This document shows, piece by piece, positions 56,014 to 64,000 of a stretch of 64,000 bases of DNA (position 1 is the first letter of the stretch; every line of letters starts with the position of its first letter). This stretch comes from Candidatus Latescibacterota bacterium (GTDB lineage Bacteria; Latescibacterota; UBA2968; UBA8231), in contig CBDCDC010000002.1 of assembly GCA_965215195.1 (NCBI GenBank), positions 4,128,001-4,192,000 on the forward strand, in the 5' to 3' direction. A program made the translations under genes and the position numbers. Under the pieces are notes generated by a model. It was not told where the DNA came from. It did not search any database and saw only the letters and a program-made list of their open reading frames with translations.

Positions 56014-57117
56014 TTAACGATTGGGGACTAAGGGGCTGCCTTCGGCTTTCTTGCGCTCTATTTCCGCATGGGTTTTGTATAGCTGGAGGTAGCGGTGTGC
56101 AGTCGGCGGATGCGTACCTCTAAAGTTGTTTGACGCAACGGGATTGCGTTCCGCCATGCGTCGCCAGAAGTCGGCCGCCCCCTCGGTATCAAAGCCAGCC
56201 CGGGCCATCAGATAGAGTCCAACGTAGTCGGCTTCTTGCTCAAAGGCTTGGCTAAAGGCGATTGCACCAGCCTCCATTGTGCTTTGTGTGATGGTGCCAA
56301 AGGTCGGTACGCCCGTTACCGCCCATTCAACAGCCGCTCCCATGATTCCGCCGAGTAGAGCATTCGTTTTCTTTTTATCGACATGTCCCTCGGTGCAGTG
56401 AGCCAACTCGTGGGCGATGACCAAGGCCAATTCACTATCTGTCGCAAAATCAAGCATTCCTGCTGTTAGGACAATATTTTCACCGTCTGTATAGGCATTA
56501 ACATCTTGTCCCTCCGAATGATATACCAAGTGAGAGCAAATCGGCTCCGCCTTTATAGGGATTTCGATAATCGTATCTTTGTTTGCTGCAACCTTGCGCT
56601 GGACCGTAAAGATCGTCGGCTCCTCTGACGCATGACGTTTAAGCAGCTTGTGAAGATTGCTTTGGTACTCAAGGTCGTATTCGTTCCAGTGGGGCCATAT
56701 TGTCTTAATCGGCTCTCCCCCGATCCTCGTAATCTGGTCTCCGGGCTGAAGACCAGACTGTGCGGCTGGGGAGCCGGCTACAAGTTCCACGACTATCGGT
56801 TGCTCCCGCAACTTCTCTATGCCATAATAGCGCAACCTCAAGAGACGATCCCAAGGCTTCATTTTCTGCGTACTCGCCGAGTCTAAGTAGCTGAATCCGA
56901 ATTGGAAGCGAGTCTTTTTGCCACATAGCGCGGCGTTGGCTCGCATGATAGACGGCGCAAGGCGCGCTATTCGCTCTTGCCGCTGCATGGACAATCGGAA
57001 GATTCTTTCCAATTGATGGAGCATTTCCTCGGTGACTTCAGAAGAAGAAAGCTCAGGGATTTTGTACCTAGGAGCACATGAGCCAAGAATAAGAAGAATC
57101 ACGAATAGGGTAGGCAT
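56014..57117 (-). CDS. M48 metallopeptidase with PDZ domain, probable lipoprotein
   Basis: LGSC lipobox, GSPAAQSGLQPGD PDZ, NAY, AHELAH, EQEAD, THP. Confidence 0.88.
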   Translation of the reverse strand: MPTLFVILLILGSCAPRYKIPELSSSEVTEEMLHQLERIFRLSMQRQERIARLAPSIMRANAALCGKKTRFQFGFSYLDSASTQKMKPWDRLLRLRYYGIEKLREQPIVVELVAGSPAAQSGLQPGDQITRIGGEPIKTIWPHWNEYDLEYQSNLHKLLKRHASEEPTIFTVQRKVAANKDTIIEIPIKAEPICSHLVYHSEGQDVNAYTDGENIVLTAGMLDFATDSELALVIAHELAHCTEGHVDKKKTNALLGGIMGAAVEWAVTGVPTFGTITQSTMEAGAIAFSQAFEQEADYVGLYLMARAGFDTEGAADFWRRMAERNPVASNNFRGTHPPTAHRYLQLYKTHAEIERKKAEGSPLVPNR

Positions 57118-57255
57118 ATAGAGGCACCTTTCATCCTTCTTGGTTGTGCTGCAAGTCGAGTGGGAGGCTGGTCCTCTGCGCCGCCGTGAGCCAGCGCATT
57201 TTGAGCTGCAGCGCAGTTCAAGATAGTTTTGGCCCATAGATAGCGCAAGCGTCGC

Positions 57256-57834
57256 TCAGGGCGTCTTACGCACGCCTTGGAGGAAGATGCGCATGATGGT
57301 ATCGACCATGGCCTCTACGCTCAGGCCCTTTGCGTGGATCATCACCGAGCGCACCATGCCGCGGAGGATAGCAGCTTCGACCTGCGGGTGCTCAACCGAG
57401 AAGACGCCCTGTTCAATGCCATTTTGCAGGACCGTCTCGATCGCGGCGCGCTGGATGCGCCGTTCCTCGTGCCAGCGCCTGCGGTTTTCGCCCTTGCCGC
57501 TCCCGCTCTTGCCGTCCTCGTGCGACATCAAGCGGAAGAAGAAGCGGTTCTGGTTGAAGAAGGAGACAATGGCGTGGACCATCCGGCGGAGTTCCTCTTC
57601 CGGGTCCTGCTGGCGATTGGCCTTGCGCTGAAGCTGCTCGTTGAGCCGCCGGATGCCTTCAAAGACCACCGCAAAGTACAGCTCTTCTTTGTCGGCAAAG
57701 TACGTGTAGATCGTCCCCTTGCCGACGCCGGCTTGGTGGGCAATATCGTCCATGAGCACTTCGTCGAAGCGCTTGGCCGAAAAGAGGCGGGCCGCCTCTT
57801 CAAGGATGAGCTTTCTGCGGTTAGTTCTGGCCAT
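57256..57834 (-). CDS. TetR/AcrR-family regulator
   Basis: ILEEAARLF...DIAHQAGVGKGTIYTYFADKEEL. Confidence 0.92.
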   Translation of the reverse strand: MARTNRRKLILEEAARLFSAKRFDEVLMDDIAHQAGVGKGTIYTYFADKEELYFAVVFEGIRRLNEQLQRKANRQQDPEEELRRMVHAIVSFFNQNRFFFRLMSHEDGKSGSGKGENRRRWHEERRIQRAAIETVLQNGIEQGVFSVEHPQVEAAILRGMVRSVMIHAKGLSVEAMVDTIMRIFLQGVRKTP

Positions 57835-57845
57835 AGTATGAAATT

Positions 57846-58042
57846 TTACGCTGCATCCACCGCAGCGTACACCTTGCCTCTTTTGGTCAACCAAGCCACA
57901 TCTTCCCGTGCGGCGTACTCCTTGATCTCCCGCAGGAGTTGAATCGTTGCAGATTCATAGCACGGCTCACTCGGGTCATCGGCTGGGACGACCATCACAA
58001 ACTTAGTCGCGTTCGCTTGATGCGCTGTCCGGGAATGCGCAT
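57846..58042 (-). pseudogene. Small hypothetical gene with an internal frameshift/deletion
   Basis: GGAG RBS, MRIPGQRIKRTRL, then out of frame MVVPADDPSEPCYESATIQLLREI...WLTKRGKVY. Confidence 0.5.
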
Positions 58043-58089
58043 GGCTTAATCTCCGTTAAAAAAATGTACAGTTACGAGCTTGGCAGGGC

Positions 58090-58722
58090 TTATTCCTCAA
58101 GAAACACATACCGCTCCAGTCGGGCTAGTTCGTGGTCGTCGACGTATTTTCCGATTTCTCGTCTCCATTGCGCCATGCTCTTATAGGGTCGGTATTCCTC
58201 AAACTCGTGCGCCATGCGCTTGCCAACCCCTGGGATCGTGAGGAAATCCGCCTCGCTGGCGCTGTTGAGTTCGAGCGGCACGAAGACGTACTGCTCCAGT
58301 CGGGCTAGTTCGTGGTCGTCGACGTATTTTCCGATTTCTCGTCTCCATTGCGCCATGCTCTTATAGGGTCGGTATTCCTCAAACTCGTGCGCCATGCGCT
58401 TGCCAACCCCCGGCACTAGTTTCATTTCGGCGTCGCTGGCGGTGTTGAGGTTGATCGGCAGGAAGAGCTTGGCGTACAGTTCGGCTCGGACCGAGTCCGC
58501 CAAAGTCGAATCCAAATAGGCGTTGAAGGCTTCCATGCCGATAAAAGGCCGTTGCGCCACAATCCCCTCGACCAACGCCGAATCGAGTTGCGCTAGGGCC
58601 AATAGCTGTTCGCCGCCGGCTCGGTTGGGATTGAGGACTGTTTCGTTTTTTCCCACCTGCCCTTGGGCGCTGCTGCCGTAGAGACAGACGGCTAAGATCA
58701 CGGCTAAAACGACTTGCTGCAT
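58090..58722 (-). CDS. Secreted helix-hairpin-helix repeat protein
   Basis: Signal peptide; two LNxAS...PGVGKRMAHEFEEYRPY units. Confidence 0.82.
   Translation of the reverse strand: MQQVVLAVILAVCLYGSSAQGQVGKNETVLNPNRAGGEQLLALAQLDSALVEGIVAQRPFIGMEAFNAYLDSTLADSVRAELYAKLFLPINLNTASDAEMKLVPGVGKRMAHEFEEYRPYKSMAQWRREIGKYVDDHELARLEQYVFVPLELNSASEADFLTIPGVGKRMAHEFEEYRPYKSMAQWRREIGKYVDDHELARLERYVFLEE
58113..58410. repeat. 118-bp identical direct repeat with a 180-bp period inside the HhH gene
   Basis: 58113-58230 equals 58293-58410. Confidence 0.9.
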
Positions 58723-58725
58723 TGC

Positions 58726-59166
58726 TTAATCCTTTGTTTGCTCCCGACTCAGGGCCGGGTGTTGGTACGTGTAAAGGAACCCGACTAGTCCTAGCTGAAC
58801 CAGTGCCCCGGGTGCCAACGCCGGCATAGCGCCGCCCAACGCCTTAGACAGCAGTTCCAACCCAGTCAGCGTCGGGTACATCTCCAATTCAAACTCCATG
58901 TTGGCACTAAGGTGAAACCAGAAGCCGACCATGCCGCCTAAGGCGAAAGTTAGCATGGTCAAGCGGAATAGGCGCAGAATGACCCTGCCTCGGTAGAGGA
59001 GCCGCGCCGCCAACAAAACCAACCCAAACGCCAACAAGGCCAAGGGCACCTGTTGACGCCATTCTTCAAAGTGCCCGAGCAGCAGCAATTCGGTGCCTAG
59101 TCCCACAGTTCCTATGACAAAAATCAGCAGGAGACCTCGCCGCAAGGTCGCATGAGCTCTATCCAC
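58726..59166 (-). CDS. Hypothetical 4-TM membrane protein
   Basis: ELLLLGH...WFH..N.EFELE...PALAPG; 3 bp from the HhH gene. Confidence 0.75.
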   Translation of the reverse strand: MDRAHATLRRGLLLIFVIGTVGLGTELLLLGHFEEWRQQVPLALLAFGLVLLAARLLYRGRVILRLFRLTMLTFALGGMVGFWFHLSANMEFELEMYPTLTGLELLSKALGGAMPALAPGALVQLGLVGFLYTYQHPALSREQTKD

Positions 59167-59178
59167 GAAAGTTTACAC

Positions 59179-59265
59179 CTATGACTCCAATTGAGCCGTG
59201 CCGTTCAATGTTTGGTTGAAGAAACTAATTGTGCGTTCCCAAGCCAGTTTGGCTGCTGCTTCGTC
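59179..59265 (-). pseudogene. Dienelactone hydrolase C-terminal remnant
   Basis: DEAAAKLAWERTISFFNQTL...* with no upstream coding part. Confidence 0.6.
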
Positions 59266-59295
59266 TCGCTTGGGGGTGATGCGGTGGGCGCGCTC

Positions 59296-59811
59296 TCACA
59301 CCATTTCCTCGACCAAGGCCTGGCTGGCCGGATCTAGATGCCGGTAGTCGGGAATTTCGTAGCGGTTGCCGTCGGCGTCTTGTATTGCGACTCGCCCGCC
59401 GCCCAAAAGGCGGACATCGCTATTTCGGTGGCTGGAATAGATGTCAAAGGTGCGCGGTCCTCGGTCGGTCTCTACCTCCCAGCGCGGCACTCGGTTGGCC
59501 ACGGTCACCCTGGCGATGCGCTGGATGCGCGGCGTGAAATAGGCCCGCTCCAACTCGTCTTCCACGGCTTGGCGGCTGGCCCGATCTAGCGCATCGAGCC
59601 GGGCGAGCGAGCCAATCTCCTTGCCCTCGCGGTCTTGGACGACGATAAAGCAATCGTCGCAGGTGAGGGGAAAAGCCCGTTTGACCCGGACCCTCGGATA
59701 GGTGCGGTCCCCGGCTAACTCCAAGTTCAGGTCTTCGAAAGCATCGACGAAAAAACGCGCTTTATCCGGGTCGAGATAGGCGACTTCAGCAGCTAACTTA
59801 CGGCGCTGCAT
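59296..59811 (-). CDS. DUF1854 domain protein (second)
   Basis: VKRAFPLT, ELERAYFTPRI, WEVETDRGPRTF, DADGNRYEIPD. Confidence 0.87.
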   Translation of the reverse strand: MQRRKLAAEVAYLDPDKARFFVDAFEDLNLELAGDRTYPRVRVKRAFPLTCDDCFIVVQDREGKEIGSLARLDALDRASRQAVEDELERAYFTPRIQRIARVTVANRVPRWEVETDRGPRTFDIYSSHRNSDVRLLGGGRVAIQDADGNRYEIPDYRHLDPASQALVEEMV

Positions 59812-59815
59812 AATG

Positions 59816-62140
59816 TTACCAAGCCCTCAGTTTGGACATTTCGGTTTGCATGCGGCACAGATGCGCGTAGATGCCATCTTGCGCAATCAGCTCGTCGTGG
59901 GTGCCTATTTCGGCGAGTTTGCCCTTGTCGAGGATGAGCAGGCGATGGGCGTTTTTGAGGGTGGATAAGCGGTGGGCAATGGCAAAGGTGGTGCGCCCTT
60001 GGACCAGCCGCTCTAGGGCTTCCTGAATCTGCGCTTCGGTCTGGGTATCGACGTTGGAGGTGGCTTCGTCGAGGATGAGAATGCGCGGGTCGCGCAAAAT
60101 GGCCCGGGCAATGGACAGCCGCTGCCGCTCGCCCCCAGACACGCGGGTGCCGCGCTCGCCGACCAAGGTATCGTACCCGTCGGGCATGTTCATGATGAAG
60201 TCGTGCGCATTGGCGGCCTTGGCCGCGGCCACGATTTGTTCGAGGGAAGCGGCGGGATGGCCGTAGGCAATGTTCTCGGCCACGGTGCCGTTGAAGAGAA
60301 AGGGGTCCTGCAAGACCACGCCGATTTGCTCGCGCAGCGATTGGAGGTTCACTTGGCGGGTGTCGCGGCCGTCGACGAGGATGGTGCCCGCCTGCGGCTC
60401 GTAGAAGCGGCAGATGAGGTTGATCAAGGTGCTCTTGCCCGCGCCGCTGTGGCCGGCCAAGCCGATCATTTCGCCCGGCTCAACCGCGAAATTCAAATCC
60501 TCAATGACCGGCTTGTCTTCCTCATAGCCAAAGTGGACGCCGCGAAATTCGACTCGGCCCGCGATGGGCGGCATGAGCACCGCGCCGGGCTGGTCGATCA
60601 CCTCCGGGTGCGTATCGAGCACGTCAAAGACGCGCTCGGCCGAGGTGGCGGCGCGCTGGAAGCGGTGGTTGAGGCGGCACAAGTTCTCCACCGGCCCGTA
60701 AAAGCGATACATGTAACTGGTAAAGGCGACAAAGGCCCCCAACGTCAGCTCCCCGGCCAAGATGTCGCGGCCGCCGACCCACCAGATGATGATGGTGCCG
60801 ATGGAGGTTATAAAGGCCATGACCGGGCCGAACAGGCTGCGCATCCACGCCACCCGCAGTTCGCCTTGCAGCAGGTCTAGGCTGCGGCCCTTGAACTTGC
60901 CCACTTCCCGCTGTTCTTGGGCAAATGCCTTGACCACGCGCACCCCCGGGATGGTATCGGCCAGCAGGGCACTCAGGCCGGCCCAGCGACGCCACAACGG
61001 CCGGTATATGGCGTGTAGCCGCCGGCCAAAGCGCAGGGTCGCCCACACCAACAGGGGCGTCGGCAGCAGCACGAGAGCTGCTAGCCCGGGATTGAGCGCA
61101 AAGAGGATGATGCAAATGATGACCAAGGTGAGCACATCGCGGATGGCTTCTTGCAGACCGTCGCCGATAAAATCCTGCAAGCGGCCCACGTCTTGGGTGA
61201 CGCTGGCCATAATGCGCCCGGTCTCGTTTTTGTTGTAATAACTAAGCGACAGCGCGTGGAGATGGGTGTACACCTCGTTGCGCAGGCCGTAGGTGACGCG
61301 CTGGCCAATGCGAGCCATGATATAGCTGCGCAGACCCGACAAGACGCTGACGGTGAGGTTCATCGCTATTAACAAGCCCACCAGCCATGTCAGCGCAGCG
61401 ACTGGATCGTCCTTGGACACGGGCAAAAGAGATAGCAGATCAAAGCGCACCCCAACGTCCATAGAAGAAGGGGCACCGGCATTTAAGACATCGTCGATGA
61501 GAACGCTCATCAGCAGCGGCTGGCCCAAGCCAATGGTCGTGGCCACCACCATGAGCAACAGGCTCAGGGCAATGAGCCGCCAATGCGGCTGGGCATAGCC
61601 CAACAGCCGGAACAGTAGCTTGCCCTTTTCCAGACAGGCCGGGCATACTCCGTAGTAGCGCGGAATGACTTGGCCGCAGCGGTCGCAGCGCTTGCGCCCG
61701 GCCCGCGCCCCGGCCAACCGCCCGTGCAGCACTTGGCCCTCGGCCTCGGTTGAGCGGGCTTGCTTGACTAGGCGCTCGACCTGATTGGGCAATTCGGACA
61801 GGGCCGGCACCAAGCTCTTGGAGAATACGGCCATGGTCGCGCCCCGCTCTGCGGTGCGCACCTTGAGGGCCGCAGTCCCCCAATCCTCGCGCACCTCCAC
61901 CCCGTTTATTTGGTTCAGGGGCAGACAGACCATATCGGGCGGGCCCCCGCTGTCCGGGCTGAAGGCCACTAGATGGTCGTCGGTGGCCATCAGCCACGCC
62001 TCGCCGTACTGGCCGTCGAGCTTGATATCGGTAGTTACTGCCAAGCGGAGCTCTTCGTCCGGGCCTACTACCTCGGCCAGTTCGCGTCGCACCTGCGGCG
62101 GCACGGCCTTTTTTGCCGTGTTGCGTTCAATCTCTTGCAT
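59816..62140 (-). CDS. ABC exporter with an N-terminal PH-like domain and Zn ribbon (third paralog)
   Basis: CDRC-x9-CPAC, GHSGAGKS, VSGGERQR, ILDEAT, IAHRLST. Confidence 0.93.
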   Translation of the reverse strand: MQEIERNTAKKAVPPQVRRELAEVVGPDEELRLAVTTDIKLDGQYGEAWLMATDDHLVAFSPDSGGPPDMVCLPLNQINGVEVREDWGTAALKVRTAERGATMAVFSKSLVPALSELPNQVERLVKQARSTEAEGQVLHGRLAGARAGRKRCDRCGQVIPRYYGVCPACLEKGKLLFRLLGYAQPHWRLIALSLLLMVVATTIGLGQPLLMSVLIDDVLNAGAPSSMDVGVRFDLLSLLPVSKDDPVAALTWLVGLLIAMNLTVSVLSGLRSYIMARIGQRVTYGLRNEVYTHLHALSLSYYNKNETGRIMASVTQDVGRLQDFIGDGLQEAIRDVLTLVIICIILFALNPGLAALVLLPTPLLVWATLRFGRRLHAIYRPLWRRWAGLSALLADTIPGVRVVKAFAQEQREVGKFKGRSLDLLQGELRVAWMRSLFGPVMAFITSIGTIIIWWVGGRDILAGELTLGAFVAFTSYMYRFYGPVENLCRLNHRFQRAATSAERVFDVLDTHPEVIDQPGAVLMPPIAGRVEFRGVHFGYEEDKPVIEDLNFAVEPGEMIGLAGHSGAGKSTLINLICRFYEPQAGTILVDGRDTRQVNLQSLREQIGVVLQDPFLFNGTVAENIAYGHPAASLEQIVAAAKAANAHDFIMNMPDGYDTLVGERGTRVSGGERQRLSIARAILRDPRILILDEATSNVDTQTEAQIQEALERLVQGRTTFAIAHRLSTLKNAHRLLILDKGKLAEIGTHDELIAQDGIYAHLCRMQTEMSKLRAW

Positions 62141-62189
62141 GGATTTGCCCCGTACAACGCGACACCAGATTTGCGTCGGTGCGTTGGAT

Positions 62190-64000
62190 TTACCGCGCAC
62201 TGAGCTCGTCCAAGTGCGCGGTCGGTAGGTTGGGAGGGCCGCCCCGGGCCATTTTGTGCGATGTGCGGACTACGCGCTTGCACCACAGGGCCAGATCGTC
62301 CAACAGCGAATAGAGCGTTGGGGCCAGCATCAAGGTCAGCACCGTTGAGGTGGCCAAGCCGCTGGCTACGACCAAGCCCACCGGCCCCCAGCGGCGGGCA
62401 AAACCCTCGGACGTGCCATAGACCATCGGCAGCACGATCGGCATCAGGTTGAGGATGGTGGTAAAGGCGGTCATCAGGATGGGCCGGAGCCGGTGCTGGC
62501 CGCCGAGGCAGATCGCCGCGCGCCGCGACAGCCCGCTCGCCCGCAGGTGGTTGATATGGGCGATCAGCACGATGCCGTTGTTGACGACAATGCCGAAGAG
62601 GATCAAAAGCCCCAAGGCACCGTTGTTGTCAAAGGGGACGTCGAGGACGTATAGCCCCAAGGCCACGCCGATCAAGGAGAAGGGGATGGCGAGTATGATG
62701 GTGAAGGGGTGGATCAGGGATTCGAAGAGCGAGGCCATGATTAGGTAGATCAACAGCACGGCAAAAATGGCGGCGAAGTTGTTGTCGCTGGCCTCCTCCT
62801 GCTCCCAGCGCGCTGCCCGGCCCAAATCCCAGCTATAGCCGGGGGGCAACTGCATTCCTTCCATCATCTCGCTGATCGGTTCCATCAGGGTGCGGGCTAC
62901 ATGGCGGTTTTCAGTGTTGGCGAAGACGGTGACGTTGAGGACCCGATTCTCGCGCCTGAGATCGCGGGGGCCGCGGCCAAGCTCGAAGTCGGCCAGCGAC
63001 GCGAGCTGAACCGAGCTGCCGTCGCGGGTCTCGTAGCGGCTGTTTTTGAGCTGGTCGAGGGAGGTGCGGTCGCCTTCGTTGAGCTGCATGACGATGTCGA
63101 TTTCGCGGTCGTCGCTCTTGAAGCCGCTGGTGCGGCGGGTGCCCAAGGCCGCGGAAATGCCTTGGGCCACCTCGCGCGGCGACAGCCCATAGCCGAGTGC
63201 CTCGGCGCGGTTGATCTCGACGCGGACTTCGTCTTCGCCATCTTCGAGGCTGCTATCGACGTCTTGGACCCCGGGTAGCTGTTCGAGACCGGCTTTGACG
63301 TCTTCCATTAGCACGGCTAAGACTTCTGGGTCGCGGCCGTGGAGCTGGACTTCGACGCCGAGTTGGTTGCCGGTCCAACTGCGCGAGCGGCCCATTTTGT
63401 ACGTGTAGCCCACTTTCTCTGGCAGCAGTTCCTTGATTGCATTGCCGGCCTCCATGGTCGAGAGCTGGCCCTCGTCGGCATCGACGAGATAGGCGCGGAT
63501 GCTGCCGCGGCGCTGGCCGAAGCGCGTCATGAGCGATTGCAGGTCGAGCGAGTCTTTTTTTGCCAAAATGATGTCTTCGATCTGCTCGAAGTGTGCGCGG
63601 ATCTCGTCGAGGCTGTAGCTGCGGTCGATGACCACCGTCATATCCACCCGGCGCTCCGGGGTCCAGGGGGTGCCGCGCTGCTCAATCTGGTTGTAGAGGT
63701 AATAGCCGGTGCCGGTCAGGGCCACCGTGGCCAGCAGCGCGACCCAGCGGTGGTCGAGCGTCCAGTTGAGCAAGCGGCCATACGAGGCGCGCAGGCCGTG
63801 GCGCGAGCAGTACCAGCCGAGCGCGGCCCCGGCCAGCGCAGTGAGCGCACAGCCGAGAATGGTCTGCCACTGCATTCCGCCGATTGAGGCGGCGATCAGC
63901 CCAGACCAGCGGTCCCACCAAGCCTGCAAGCCGCTCCAGCCAAGGTCGCTGATCTGCCAGTAGGCAATGCCCACCACGACTGCGACGACCAGCAGCTTGA
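62190..64000 (-). CDS. AcrB/AcrD/AcrF RND permease, C-terminal part (start outside the window)
   Basis: MASLFESLIHP, GIVVNNGIVL, RLRPILMT, GLATST.LTL. Confidence 0.9.
   Translation of the reverse strand, partial: KLLVVAVVVGIAYWQISDLGWSGLQAWWDRWSGLIAASIGGMQWQTILGCALTALAGAALGWYCSRHGLRASYGRLLNWTLDHRWVALLATVALTGTGYYLYNQIEQRGTPWTPERRVDMTVVIDRSYSLDEIRAHFEQIEDIILAKKDSLDLQSLMTRFGQRRGSIRAYLVDADEGQLSTMEAGNAIKELLPEKVGYTYKMGRSRSWTGNQLGVEVQLHGRDPEVLAVLMEDVKAGLEQLPGVQDVDSSLEDGEDEVRVEINRAEALGYGLSPREVAQGISAALGTRRTSGFKSDDREIDIVMQLNEGDRTSLDQLKNSRYETRDGSSVQLASLADFELGRGPRDLRRENRVLNVTVFANTENRHVARTLMEPISEMMEGMQLPPGYSWDLGRAARWEQEEASDNNFAAIFAVLLIYLIMASLFESLIHPFTIILAIPFSLIGVALGLYVLDVPFDNNGALGLLILFGIVVNNGIVLIAHINHLRASGLSRRAAICLGGQHRLRPILMTAFTTILNLMPIVLPMVYGTSEGFARRWGPVGLVVASGLATSTVLTLMLAPTLYSLLDDLALWCKRVVRTSHKMARGGPPNLPTAHLDELSAR

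Noticed and set aside
55929-57282. Prophage attL/attR or integron attC sites
   Set aside because: No integrase, phage genes or attC-like RYYYAAC/GTTRRRY hairpins were seen.

Overview
GC-rich bacterial chromosome segment. A PhyH-HEAT fusion and a C-terminal 'SWGALK' sorting-like motif weakly suggest Latescibacterota/Poribacteria-like FCB-PVC relatives (inference). Core genes are cysH, three Zn-ribbon ABC exporters with DUF1854 partners, a YknWXYZ/MacAB-like exporter, glcF, murB, a hydroxyacid-oxoacid transhydrogenase, hisI, a pncA-pncB-aminotransferase-nadE NAD salvage run and a partial AcrB. These are interleaved with three lower-GC accessory hotspots. (1) 10.0-17.9 kb splits the exporter operon and holds IS630 disrupted by IS5, an SdpI-like DUF1648 protein, an IS5-disrupted radical SAM gene, a CPBP protease and an AAA_14 ATPase. 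(2) 26.5-43.9 kb is a defence island: type I R-M with fused M-S, Fic, a TIGR04255 three-gene cassette, two ABC-ATPase/TOPRIM modules, a STAND-like ATPase pair, duplicated HIRAN genes and NYN. (3) 53.0-57.2 kb holds VapB45 with a truncated VapC45, a DarT-like ART gene paired with a non-DarG partner ending in a beta-clamp motif, and an M48 peptidase. Each hotspot contains short second copies of the flanking core gene that differ mainly at synonymous sites, suggesting cargo is stacked by homology-anchored allele capture. Several MITE/REP families are present. No rRNA, tRNA or CRISPR array was seen. All family calls are by eye from motifs; no searches were run.
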